A program made the position numbers and the translations under genes. A DNA stretch of 64,000 bases from Solirubrobacterales bacterium (GTDB taxonomy: Bacteria > Actinomycetota > Thermoleophilia > Solirubrobacterales > 70-9): NCBI GenBank assembly GCA_036403515.1, contig DASWQV010000093.1:33366-97365 (forward strand), written 5' to 3'. The notes under the pieces are model-generated. The model had not been told where the DNA came from and did no database searches. It saw only the letters and a program-made list of their open reading frames with translations. Every line of letters begins with the position of its first letter. The first letter of the stretch is position 1. Of this stretch, positions 1 to 8,914 are shown one piece after another.

Positions 1-46
1 TCCGGGGCAGGGGCACCCACGTCCCTTTCGCAAGCGGTGGCTAACA

Positions 47-820
47 ATGCGGTTCCCCTTGACGGATAGCTTTGGCGGCATGGAGGCGGGGAACGGGACA
101 AGTGTGGCCGTGCTCCAGGCACGGAAGCTGGTCAAACGCTTTGGTGAGCGGGAAGCTCTGCGGGGGATCGATTTCGAGGCCGCTGCGGGGGAGCTTGTGG
201 CGGTAATCGGGCCGAATGGGGCGGGCAAGACGACGCTGCTCTCGATTCTTGCTGGGATCTCCAGGCCTGATGGTGGTGAGGTGCATGTGCCCCAGGGTGA
301 GGTTGGCTGGGTGCCTCAGCAGGCTGCCCTTTATCGGCGCTTGACCGTTGAGGAGAACCTGATGCTGTTTGCTCGGCTCGAGAAGCACGCAGACCCTCGG
401 GCGTCGACTGAGCAGATGCTGGAGTTGACCGGGCTCGAGGAGCGGCGGGGTGAGATCGTGGCTCGGTTGTCGGGGGGCAACCAGCAGCGGATCAACATCG
501 CTATCGGCCTCTTGGCGCGGCCCTCGGTGCTGTTGCTGGACGAGCCCAGTGTCGGGCTTGACCCGCGGCAGCGGGCGCGGCTTTGGCAGTTCGTCTCGGC
601 GCTGGCCTCGGAGGGCGGCACGACGGTGATCTTCTCAACGCACGACATCCAGGAGGCCGAGCGCTACGGCGGGCGGCTGCTGGTCCTCGCCGACGGTGAG
701 GCGCTCTTCGACGGCTCACCGGATGGCCTGCGCGAGGCGGTTCGCCGCGAGGCCGCTGAGGCAGCCGACCAAGACTTCGAGACGGCCTTCGTCGCCTTCC
801 TCCATCACCGCGGGCACTGA
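47..820 (+). CDS. ABC transporter ATP-binding protein
   Basis: Walker A GPNGAGKTT, ABC signature LSGGNQQR and Walker B LLLDEP. The start could instead be the internal Met at 80. Confidence 0.9.
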   Translation: MRFPLTDSFGGMEAGNGTSVAVLQARKLVKRFGEREALRGIDFEAAAGELVAVIGPNGAGKTTLLSILAGISRPDGGEVHVPQGEVGWVPQQAALYRRLTVEENLMLFARLEKHADPRASTEQMLELTGLEERRGEIVARLSGGNQQRINIAIGLLARPSVLLLDEPSVGLDPRQRARLWQFVSALASEGGTTVIFSTHDIQEAERYGGRLLVLADGEALFDGSPDGLREAVRREAAEAADQDFETAFVAFLHHRGH

Positions 821-2172
821 TGCGCTGGCTGCTGCTCAAGGATCTGCAGATCCTGCGTCGATCGCCGTTGCAGGCCACCCTCCTCGTCGCCTGGCCGGTC
901 TTGATTGCGGTCCTCGTCGGCCTCGCCATCTCGGGCTCACCGAGCAAGCCGCGGATCGCTTTCCTCAACGAAGTGCCAACCGACGCCAGGGTCAGCGTCG
1001 GTACCAGCGAACTGCCGAACATCGGCGTCAGCGACCGCGTCTGCGAGCGGGTCGAGTGCGTGCATGTCAAAGACCGCGCCGAGGCGGTCGACGAGGTCCG
1101 CTCGGGAGACGTCCTCGCGGCGCTGATCCTCCCGGCCGACCTGGTTGACCGGATCAACTCGCTCTCGACGCCAAGCCCGGCCACTCCCAAGGTTGAGGTG
1201 ATCGTCAACGAGGAGGACCCGGTAAAGGCGCGTCTGGTCAACGACCGGATCAACTCGCTGCTGACCCAGGCCAATCTGGTGATCGCGAGGCGGATCGCGA
1301 GCGAAGGGGGGAAATTCCTCAACCTCGTCCTCGACGGCGGTCAGTTCACCGTGATCGGCCAGACGATCCAGATCCTCGGTCTGCGCAACTCCGCCCGCAT
1401 CCTTCAGGCACTGCGACCGGCGCTGCCCCCCGGTCCGCTGCGCGACTCGATCGACCAGGTGATCCAGTTCACCACGCTCGCCCGCAGCAACCTCGGCACG
1501 GCCGGGCCGCTGCTCACTCGCCTAACGCAACCGATTGCCGTCGACAAGGAGGTGGTCAATGCCTCCACCCCGCCGCTCGAAGTCTTCGCGATCGCCGTCG
1601 CCGCCACCTTCACGCTCGCCTTCGTCACCGTCCTGCTCGTCGCCGGCTCGCTCGCGCTCGAGCGGGAGGAGAACGCCTTCCCGCGCCTCACGCGAGGGCT
1701 CGTCTCGCGCTCTGCCCTGCTGACCGAGAAGGTCGCGCTCGGAGTGGCCGTCGGGCTGGTCGTGACGCTGCTGATGCTGGCCGGCCTGGCGCTCTTCGTT
1801 CCCCTGCACTGGGGCCGCGTCGGCCTTTGGCTGGCGGCGATCGTCGCCGGCGGGGCGGCGCTCGGGGCGGCCGGGGCGGCGCTCGGGGCGGCGGCCCGGG
1901 AGGTCCGTGCGGTCTCCCTGCTTGCCTTTATGGTGACTCTGCCGATCGCCTTCCTCTCGCTGATCCCATCCGGCACGGTCGGGCCCGGCCTCTACGACGC
2001 GATCAAGCTGATCACCGCCCTCTTTCCCTTCAAGCCGGCGCTGCAGGCGATGACCGGCGCCCTTGATCCGGGCGGTCCGAGCATTGCGGCTGCACTCGGC
2101 CACTTGGCGATCCTGATCGTCGCCTACGGATTGCTGGCGCGCTTCGCCCTGCGCCGCTTTGCTTCCGTCTAA
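820..2172 (+). CDS. ABC-2 type transporter permease
   Basis: Overlaps the upstream ATPase stop by 1 nt (TGATG). N-terminal TM, a large extracytoplasmic segment and a C-terminal cluster of hydrophobic helices, as in ABC-2 permeases. Confidence 0.75.
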   Translation: MRWLLLKDLQILRRSPLQATLLVAWPVLIAVLVGLAISGSPSKPRIAFLNEVPTDARVSVGTSELPNIGVSDRVCERVECVHVKDRAEAVDEVRSGDVLAALILPADLVDRINSLSTPSPATPKVEVIVNEEDPVKARLVNDRINSLLTQANLVIARRIASEGGKFLNLVLDGGQFTVIGQTIQILGLRNSARILQALRPALPPGPLRDSIDQVIQFTTLARSNLGTAGPLLTRLTQPIAVDKEVVNASTPPLEVFAIAVAATFTLAFVTVLLVAGSLALEREENAFPRLTRGLVSRSALLTEKVALGVAVGLVVTLLMLAGLALFVPLHWGRVGLWLAAIVAGGAALGAAGAALGAAAREVRAVSLLAFMVTLPIAFLSLIPSGTVGPGLYDAIKLITALFPFKPALQAMTGALDPGGPSIAAALGHLAILIVAYGLLARFALRRFASV

Positions 2173-2858
2173 GACAACGCCGGCTGCCGGCGGGCCAGGG
2201 CCGCGGTTCGCGCTTCGGCGAGGGCCGGATCGGTGACGTTGCCGAGGACGAAGCCCTCGATGCTTTCCCCTGGGCAGAGCGAGTCCCTGACGTACTCCTG
2301 CACCTGCGGCTCGCTCATCTCGGCGAAGTTGCGGCCGGTCGACTGCACCGCCGCCAAGGCGACCTCGGAGCCATCGATCAGCAGGCAGCCGTGGCGGCTG
2401 ATGTAGGCGGAAAGCTCACCGACCAGCTCGCCGCCATCGAGGCGGCAATCGACCGACGCGAGCAGTGTCGGCTCGTAGTTGGGCTCAGTCGCGGTGACGA
2501 GTGCCAACTGCTCCTTCGTCACGTGAACGACATGGACCCGGGCCACCGTGCCCGGGCAGTGCTGGAGAGTCGCCGGAACTGACCCGTACGGCGAGATATG
2601 GGCCGAGTAGACGACGTCGAAGTCGCGCAGCCAGGCGGGAACGACGAGGACCGGGTCGGCGCTCAGCGCAAGCTTGTGGGCAAGCGCCTTGGGCGCGGCG
2701 TTCGAGCCGTAAGCGAGCAGGCACAGCCGCTCTTCCCAGTCGACATCGACCTCGGCCGGGTCAAAGGTGCCGTGACCGAACTGGACGAAGGAATGCGCGG
2801 GCACCGGGTACGGGTAGCCCATTGCACGCTTGAAAACCTCACTTCGCTCGTTAGTCAT
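2169..2858 (-). CDS. hypothetical protein, gamma-glutamylcyclotransferase-like (AIG2/GGCT fold) suspected
   Basis: LLAYGSNAAP resembles the GGCT YGSN motif. Coding-like composition, convergent with the permease. Function is tentative. Confidence 0.4.
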   Translation of the reverse strand: MTNERSEVFKRAMGYPYPVPAHSFVQFGHGTFDPAEVDVDWEERLCLLAYGSNAAPKALAHKLALSADPVLVVPAWLRDFDVVYSAHISPYGSVPATLQHCPGTVARVHVVHVTKEQLALVTATEPNYEPTLLASVDCRLDGGELVGELSAYISRHGCLLIDGSEVALAAVQSTGRNFAEMSEPQVQEYVRDSLCPGESIEGFVLGNVTDPALAEARTAALARRQPALS

Positions 2859-2898
2859 CTACGCCTCGGCCCAATATCGCAGATAGGGTCAGACGACC

Positions 2899-3672
2899 AT
2901 GGTGATTCTCTTCATCGGCGATGTCGTCGGCGGGCCGGGACGGCGCGGACTGCAGGCCGCGATGCCGCAGCTTCGTGAACGCTACGCAGCGGAGCTGGTC
3001 ATCGTCAACGGTGAGAACTCGGCCGGTGGGATGGGCATCACCGAGAAGACCGCCCAGGCCCTCTTCGACGCCGGCGCAGATGTGATCACGACCGGTAACC
3101 ACGTCTACCGCCACCGCAGCGTCTACAGCTTCCTCAACCGCAGCGATCGCGTCGTGCGGCCGGCGAACTATCCGTACGCCAACCCGGGGCGCGGTTACAC
3201 GGTGGTCGAGAGCGATGGGCGGCGGATTGGCGTGATCAACCTCAGCGGCGCGATCGGACTCAAGGTTGCCCGCTCACCGTTTCACGAGGTAGACAACATC
3301 CTCGGGAAGATCGAGTGCGACTTCGCGATCGTCGACTTTCACGCTGAGGTGACCAGCGAGAAGGTGGCGATGGGCTGGCACCTCGACGGACGGGTCGCGG
3401 CGGTGCTGGGAACCCACACACATGTGCCGACGGCGGATGCTCGGGTGCTGCCACAGGGAACCGCGTTCATCTCCGACGTCGGGATGACGGGGTCGCGGAC
3501 CAGCGTGCTTGGGGTGAAACCCGAGCTGATCCTCGAGTCGCTGATCACACAGATGCCGGTTAAGTTCGAGACGGCTGAAGAGGACGTCTGGGTGATGGGT
3601 GCGGCGGTCGAGGTGAACGACAAAGGGCTCGCCGACTCGATTACACCTGTGATGATGCCTGCTCCTACCTGA
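2899..3672 (+). CDS. ymdB: YmdB-family metallophosphoesterase (2',3'-cyclic-nucleotide 2'-phosphodiesterase-like)
   Basis: N-terminus MVILFIGDVVG..., plus VNGENSAGGMGIT, TTGNH and GTHTHVPTAD, typical of the TIGR00282/YmdB family. Confidence 0.85.
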   Translation: MVILFIGDVVGGPGRRGLQAAMPQLRERYAAELVIVNGENSAGGMGITEKTAQALFDAGADVITTGNHVYRHRSVYSFLNRSDRVVRPANYPYANPGRGYTVVESDGRRIGVINLSGAIGLKVARSPFHEVDNILGKIECDFAIVDFHAEVTSEKVAMGWHLDGRVAAVLGTHTHVPTADARVLPQGTAFISDVGMTGSRTSVLGVKPELILESLITQMPVKFETAEEDVWVMGAAVEVNDKGLADSITPVMMPAPT

Positions 3673-5392
3673 GCTCGTAGCCGGGTGGGGGTTCGGGTAC
3701 CGCTCCCCGCTCAACTTTTTCGGTGGAGAGTTGCAGGCTGGCAGTTGGCGGATCGCCGAAAAAGTACAAGCCGCGGGGAACGGTACCCGAACCCCTTTCC
3801 AGGGACGCCATTGCTACGAGTAGGAGTGGGTAGAACCACACTATGTATAGGTAGAACCAGTGATGCATTGTCACCTGCACGCCGATCAGGAGGGCCGCGC
3901 CCAAGGCAGCCACTTGGAAGAGCTTCTTCTCCTTGGGGCGGAAGGCGAAGAGCAGGGCCAGGGCGGCGATCGCGATCCCGATCGCGATGCGCAAGGGCTC
4001 TAGCCAAGCTACCTGTCCCCAGATGCTGAATGGTGAATCTCTTCCCGCTTGGTAGGCGATCGTGCGGTCGTAGACCGTATGCAGGCCAGGATCTATCGCG
4101 GACCAGAGCAGCAGAGCGAACGCTGTGAGTGCAAAGCCGATCGCAAACTTCACTCCCGCGGGTGGCGCCGTAGGGGGAACCGCCCCTGAGGACGCTTTAG
4201 CGACCGGAAGGGGTGGTGGGTCCCCTGCGGCGACGGGACCCGCGGGCCTATACGTCGCGAGCATCGGAAGCAGTACCGCCGGTGCGAACTTTGCGAGTGT
4301 CGCCAGACCTGCCATCACCCCTCGCGCAAGGGGTCGTGCCAAGACCAGCAGTGTCGCAACCAGCAGCAGCGCCACCAGGGTGTCGTTCGAGTTGGAGAGC
4401 AGTGCGAACGCGGTGTAGGGGTATGCCGCCCAGCCGAAGGCGAGGGTCGCCGCGAGCTTGTTGCCCTCTGGCCCGGGGCGGATTCGGCGGCCCAGGAAGA
4501 TCAGGAGGGCGAAGGTGGCCAGATCGAAGAAGACCGCCGCGGCGTGGGCCGCCGGAAGGTCGCTCCAAGTGCCCGACCAGGGCCAGATCCGCTCGAAGGG
4601 CACGTAGGCGAAGTAGTTGACCGGGCCGTAGGTGTCACCTTGGGAGACGTCTTTGGGGAAGTTGCCGTAGATCGGTTCGCCGTGGGCGATTCGGTCGGCT
4701 CCGACCACGCCCGCGTAGCCGACGTCGATCGCGCCCGAGTCGGCCATGTTGAGCCCAACGCGAAAGCCAACCAGGAAGAGAGCGGCGACGAGCAGCCAGG
4801 CCGCGGGCCATGACGGTCGGATTCCCTCCCCTCTCCCCCGCAGCCCGATCCACAGCGCCCGGGCGAACAGGTAGACGAGCGGGACGTACTGGAGCGGCAC
4901 CGAGACACCGATTTCGGCTCGATTGAAGAAGAAGTTGGAGGCGCCGAAGCCGAGCAGGACGAGGAGGTCGAGGTTTGCGACCCGCCAGCGTCGGCGCCAG
5001 TCGATCAGGCCGAGCAGGAAGATCGCGCAGAGGGGCAGGAAGACGTAAGGGGCATTGAGCTTGTGGCCAAAAGCGCCGGAGTAACCCCGCGCCATCTTCC
5101 AAGCGACCTGGTAGCCGGTCCACGACTCGCGGACCAGCCCGCTGGTCGGATCGACGATGACCAGCGCGACCTCCTTGCCGTCGGCGAAATACGCGACCTC
5201 CCAATTGCCGTCGACCCTGCGCGCGCTGTGGGCCAGCTCACCATTCTCCTCGCGCTCCTTGGCGACGTTCTGGTCGTTGTCGGCCGCCCATGTGGCTTCG
5301 GTAGCTCCCACTTGCGCCCGGGCGGCGGCTGGCATTGCAAGCGCCACGAGGATCAGGATGGACAGCGCGACTGCTGCCCCTCGACCCCTCAT
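3665..5392 (-). CDS. polytopic membrane protein, GT-C-like glycosyltransferase (DUF2029-like) suspected
   Basis: Signal/TM N-terminus MRGRGAAVALSILILVAL and more than 10 hydrophobic helices. Start chosen at the internal ATG forming an ATGA overlap with the upstream gene stop (5389-5392). The last ~36 codons are encoded by repeat A1. Confidence 0.6.
   Translation of the reverse strand: MRGRGAAVALSILILVALAMPAAARAQVGATEATWAADNDQNVAKEREENGELAHSARRVDGNWEVAYFADGKEVALVIVDPTSGLVRESWTGYQVAWKMARGYSGAFGHKLNAPYVFLPLCAIFLLGLIDWRRRWRVANLDLLVLLGFGASNFFFNRAEIGVSVPLQYVPLVYLFARALWIGLRGRGEGIRPSWPAAWLLVAALFLVGFRVGLNMADSGAIDVGYAGVVGADRIAHGEPIYGNFPKDVSQGDTYGPVNYFAYVPFERIWPWSGTWSDLPAAHAAAVFFDLATFALLIFLGRRIRPGPEGNKLAATLAFGWAAYPYTAFALLSNSNDTLVALLLVATLLVLARPLARGVMAGLATLAKFAPAVLLPMLATYRPAGPVAAGDPPPLPVAKASSGAVPPTAPPAGVKFAIGFALTAFALLLWSAIDPGLHTVYDRTIAYQAGRDSPFSIWGQVAWLEPLRIAIGIAIAALALLFAFRPKEKKLFQVAALGAALLIGVQVTMHHWFYLYIVWFYPLLLVAMASLERGSGTVPRGLYFFGDPPTASLQLSTEKVERGAVPEPPPGYELR
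3687..3795. repeat. Family-A palindromic interspersed element, copy A1 (divergent)
   Basis: Outer arms GGGGTTCGGGTACCG (3687-3701) and CGGTACCCGAACCCC (3781-3795). Inner core AACTTTTTCGG ... CCGAAAAAGTACAAG is shared with copies A2-A4. Confidence 0.8.
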
Positions 5393-6915
5393 TCCAGGCC
5401 GAAATGCCCGAGCACCGCCGGCACGACATCGCGCAGCGTCCATTGCTCGCGCTGCTCTGGGCCGTCGGGGCCGCAGCCGACGAACAGCATCGGTCCCAGC
5501 GAATCCCCGGCGTGCAGCGCTCCGTGGCTGCCGCCGCCGGCATGGGTGACTCCGCCCCAGTCGACGACCTCGAAGCCGGGCTCCAGTGAGAGCAGGAAGT
5601 CGCCGGCGTTGGGTGCGCTCAGCGCCGACCAGACCCGAGCGAGCGGGTCCGGGTACGTGTCGCTGCGTAGCCGGCCGTCGTCGACGCTCGCCTCCAATGC
5701 GCCGAGGTCGCCGTCGACGTGCCAGTTCGCGTCGCGCAGGTCGGCCACCTCGCCGCCGGGACAGAAGCGCAGCTGCCGCTCGCCCCGTTCGACCACGGCG
5801 ATCGTCCCCGGCCCCGGAGCGCTCGGGTCGGGTCGTCGCAGTGGGCCGCCTTCGGCGGCCTCGAGGCGACAGACGAGGTCGACTCCCTCAATCGTGCTGA
5901 GGGCCTCGCGGACCGCGTCGGGATCGGCGCGCTCTCTCTCGCCGGGCAGCAGGTAGACGTGGGCCGCTCGGCCCGTCGGGCTGACCGCGAGCTGGGCCAG
6001 CTCCGGCCGCGAATCCGAGGGCTGCAGAACCGACCAGTTGCGCGCGAGCAGCTCGGCGAGAGGAAGGCCCCGATGCACCGGCGTCTGCGCATGATCGGCA
6101 ATCAGGATCACCGCGTAGCGCTCGAGGAAGTCGTCGATACCGCCTGCGGCCTCGACGACTTTGGCGAAGCAGTGGTCGGCCTTGGCGATCGACTCGGTGC
6201 TCGCCTCCGGCCCGTAGCGATGCGAGTAGTTGTCGTTGTCGGGAAGGGAGAAGAGCAGAAAGTCGAAGCCGTCGTCCTTGACCAGCTCGGCGGCGCAGCA
6301 CGCCGAGTAGCCGTCGCGGCTGCCGGGGATCGAGGTCGATTTGCAGGGAACCTCCCGGCTGGCGTAGAGATCGCCGTAAAAGAGCTCGGCCGGGCCCCAG
6401 GTGTGGTGTCGGAACTTGAGCCGAGTGGCGTCGACCGCTCGCCGCAGCAGCCCCTCGAGTGAGACCTGATGGCGATGCCGGCCGCGATAGATCAGAAAGG
6501 GCGTGCAGGCTGTGCGCAGGCCCGCATCGTCGAGCTGCTCAAAGGCGGTTTCCAGCGCCGGGTTCAGATGGGCCAGGTTCATGTTGTAGACGAGGTCGTA
6601 GAGGGTGCGAAAGACGCCGAAGGCACGGCTCGCCTCCAAGGAGGAGCCGTATTCGACGTAGCGGCGCTCGAGCCGGTGATACCAGTTCATGCCGCTGATC
6701 CAGTGCCCGTCCGCGCCTGCTCCGGTCACCATCTCGGCCGAGGCGACCGGGGTGACGGAGGGGAAGCTGGAGACGCAGTCGGGAATCAGCACACCGCGCT
6801 CGATCAGCTCACCGAAAGTCGGCGCCTTTCCTTCGTCGACGGCGCGCAGCAGCATGTCGGTGCGCAGCGAGTCGACGTAAGTGAGGATCAGCTTCTTGGT
6901 CGGCACAGTCGCCAA
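5389..6915 (-). CDS. alkaline phosphatase / nucleotide pyrophosphatase superfamily protein
   Basis: SFPSVTPVA metal-ligand/nucleophile region, LPDNDNYSHRYGP and IADHAQT resemble type I phosphodiesterase/AP-superfamily motifs. TTG start at 6915. Confidence 0.7.
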   Translation of the reverse strand: MATVPTKKLILTYVDSLRTDMLLRAVDEGKAPTFGELIERGVLIPDCVSSFPSVTPVASAEMVTGAGADGHWISGMNWYHRLERRYVEYGSSLEASRAFGVFRTLYDLVYNMNLAHLNPALETAFEQLDDAGLRTACTPFLIYRGRHRHQVSLEGLLRRAVDATRLKFRHHTWGPAELFYGDLYASREVPCKSTSIPGSRDGYSACCAAELVKDDGFDFLLFSLPDNDNYSHRYGPEASTESIAKADHCFAKVVEAAGGIDDFLERYAVILIADHAQTPVHRGLPLAELLARNWSVLQPSDSRPELAQLAVSPTGRAAHVYLLPGERERADPDAVREALSTIEGVDLVCRLEAAEGGPLRRPDPSAPGPGTIAVVERGERQLRFCPGGEVADLRDANWHVDGDLGALEASVDDGRLRSDTYPDPLARVWSALSAPNAGDFLLSLEPGFEVVDWGGVTHAGGGSHGALHAGDSLGPMLFVGCGPDGPEQREQWTLRDVVPAVLGHFGLE

Positions 6916-6942
6916 TCATCCCCGACCGTGACCGGCGGCTCG

Positions 6943-7057
6943 GAGCCAGCCCCGGGCAGGGGTTCCACTTAACTTTTTCGGTGCTGACGCAGCTGCTTGC
7001 GCCGCAGGCGGCCGCCGAAAAAGTACAAGACGTTCCACCCCTGCCCGGGGCTGGCTC
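6943..7057. repeat. Family-A palindromic interspersed element, copy A2
   Basis: GAGCCAGCCCCGGGCAGGGG-TTCCACTTAAC-TTTTTCGG ... CCGAAAAA-GTACAAGACGTTCCA-CCCCTGCCCGGGGCTGGCTC. The 20-bp outer arms are perfectly complementary. Confidence 0.85.
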
Positions 7058-7491
7058 TAGCGCAGGACTCGTAGGCCGGCGTGCTTGCGCTGAGCGCGGC
7101 GGCGTCGGGAGATTCCGAGCCAAGCAAGCGCTGCCACGACGAGCAGCACGGCCGGCGAGATCAAGATCGTGATCGCGACGACGATCAGGGCGATCAACGA
7201 GACGAGGAAGCCGAGGGCGCCGCTGCCGCTGCCCTCGCGGCGCCCGGCTGAGCTGACCACGTCGCTGGCGACAAGGCAGGCGACGACCGCGCCGATGAGA
7301 GAGAAGATGGCGCCTGCGGCGGAGTTGACGTCGGCGCTGCCCGAAAGTAGGAAGCCGACGATTAGCGCAATCACTCCGGCCAAAATCGTCATCCGGCCGC
7401 GGGCTGAGCCGTGCGTGCCGGTGGCGCCGGCAAGCATTCCGATCGCGATGCCGACGCCGAGCTCGAGGCAGATGCCGGAGAAGGATCCCAT
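7057..7491 (-). CDS. small Gly/Ala-rich integral membrane protein (hypothetical)
   Basis: About four hydrophobic helices and a basic C-terminal tail. Start set at internal Met (MGSFSG). The stop codon abuts repeat A2. Confidence 0.5.
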   Translation of the reverse strand: MGSFSGICLELGVGIAIGMLAGATGTHGSARGRMTILAGVIALIVGFLLSGSADVNSAAGAIFSLIGAVVACLVASDVVSSAGRREGSGSGALGFLVSLIALIVVAITILISPAVLLVVAALAWLGISRRRRAQRKHAGLRVLR

Positions 7492-7546
7492 GCCCGAAAA
7501 CCTAGCTCCCCCGGCGGGTCGGTGCCGATCCGCCACACTATCCCCC

Positions 7547-8914
7547 ATGCCCGAGCCGCCCCACCGGCGTCGCGCCCACGCCCGCAGCAGCGATCTGGAG
7601 CGCTATGCCGGCCTCTTCGCCGAGCGAACCAAGGTGATGCGCTCTTCGGCGATGCGTGATCTGATGGCAATCACGGCGCGGCCAGACGTGATCTCCCTTG
7701 CCGGCGGCCTGCCCGACACCTCGACCTTCCCGCCGAAGGCATTCGCGGCGCAGATGACCCGGATCGCCCAGGAGTCGGCGGCCGAGGCGCTGCAGTACGG
7801 CCCGACCGAGGGCTTCCGCGAGACCGTCGACTGCATCGTCGAGGTGATGGGCGCTGAGGGGATGCTGCCCGACCCCGATGACGTGATCGTCACCACCGGC
7901 GGGCAGCAGGCGATCGACCTGATCTGCAAGGCGCTGGTCGATCCTGGCGACGCGGTGATCTGCGAGGCCCCGACCTATCCCGGCGCCATCCCGGTCTTCT
8001 GCAGCTACCAGGCCGACACGATCCAGATCGAGTGCGACGGCGATGGGATGCGAATAGACGAGCTGGAGGCGGCGCTGGAGCGGCTCGACAGCGAAGGGCG
8101 CCGCCCGAAGTTCGTCTATTCAGTGCCGACCTTCCAGAATCCGGCGGGGGTGACGATGTCGCTCGAGCGGCGGCGGCGGCTGGTCGAGCTGGCGCGCTCC
8201 CGCGAGTTGCTCGTGGTCGAGGACAACCCGTACGGCCTGCTGCGCTTCGGGGGCGATGCCCTGCCGCCCCTCTACCAGCTGGACGGTGGCGACTTCGTGA
8301 TCTACGTCGGCACCCTCTCGAAGATCCTCTCCCCTGGGATCCGCCTCGGTTGGGCGGTGACGCCCCCGCCGGTCATGGAGAAGGTGGTGCTCGGCAAGCA
8401 AGCCGCGGATCTATGCACGTCGACGCTGACGCAATACTTCGTCCGCGAGTACTTCGGCGAAGGGAACTGGCGCCAGTACGTCGAGAGCCTGGTCGGGATC
8501 TACCGCGGCCGGCGCGATGCGATGGTGGAGGCGCTCGAGCGCTACTTCCCTGCGCAGGCGACCTGGACTGAGCCTGACGGCGGTCTCTTCATCTGGGCGA
8601 CCCTCCCCTCCTACATCGATACCAGCGACCTGCTGGCCAAGGCGCTGCGCGAGAACGTCGCCTTCGTGCCGGGCCAGGCCGCCTACGTCGACGGGCGCGG
8701 TCGCAACTCAATGCGGCTCAACTTCTCATCGGGCAGCGTGGAGGAGATCCGCGAGGGCATTCGCCGGATCGGCAAGACGATCGCCGAGCAGGTGGAGCTC
8801 TACAGCGCATTGACGGGACAGCAGCCGGAACCGCCGGTGGCGGCGCAGCGACGGAAGTCAGTCGAGGCGGAGAATGTTCTGCCCTTTCGCAAGGCCGGCG
8901 AGGGCGGGGCGTGA
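7547..8914 (+). CDS. PLP-dependent aminotransferase (class I/II, 2-aminoadipate/MocR-type catalytic domain)
   Basis: RSSAMRDLM, ISLAGGLPD, YGPTEG, NPAG and the SKILSPGIRLGW PLP-lysine region. Start at ATG 7547; the longer ORF from 7169 is antisense to the neighbouring gene. Confidence 0.8.
   Translation: MPEPPHRRRAHARSSDLERYAGLFAERTKVMRSSAMRDLMAITARPDVISLAGGLPDTSTFPPKAFAAQMTRIAQESAAEALQYGPTEGFRETVDCIVEVMGAEGMLPDPDDVIVTTGGQQAIDLICKALVDPGDAVICEAPTYPGAIPVFCSYQADTIQIECDGDGMRIDELEAALERLDSEGRRPKFVYSVPTFQNPAGVTMSLERRRRLVELARSRELLVVEDNPYGLLRFGGDALPPLYQLDGGDFVIYVGTLSKILSPGIRLGWAVTPPPVMEKVVLGKQAADLCTSTLTQYFVREYFGEGNWRQYVESLVGIYRGRRDAMVEALERYFPAQATWTEPDGGLFIWATLPSYIDTSDLLAKALRENVAFVPGQAAYVDGRGRNSMRLNFSSGSVEEIREGIRRIGKTIAEQVELYSALTGQQPEPPVAAQRRKSVEAENVLPFRKAGEGGA

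Noticed and set aside
6981-7172. Small ORFs containing EKVQDVPPLPG or TEKVKWNP peptides (also 49539-49760, and 6809-7123 and 49470-49880 on the minus strand)
   Set aside because: These are translations of family-A repeat arms that recur in different frames and contexts. They are not independent genes.
7169-7546. N-terminal 126-aa extension of the aminotransferase ORF
   Set aside because: This part is the antisense frame of the divergent membrane-protein gene (7057-7491) and is Pro/Ala/Arg-rich. The conserved aminotransferase sequence begins after ATG 7547.
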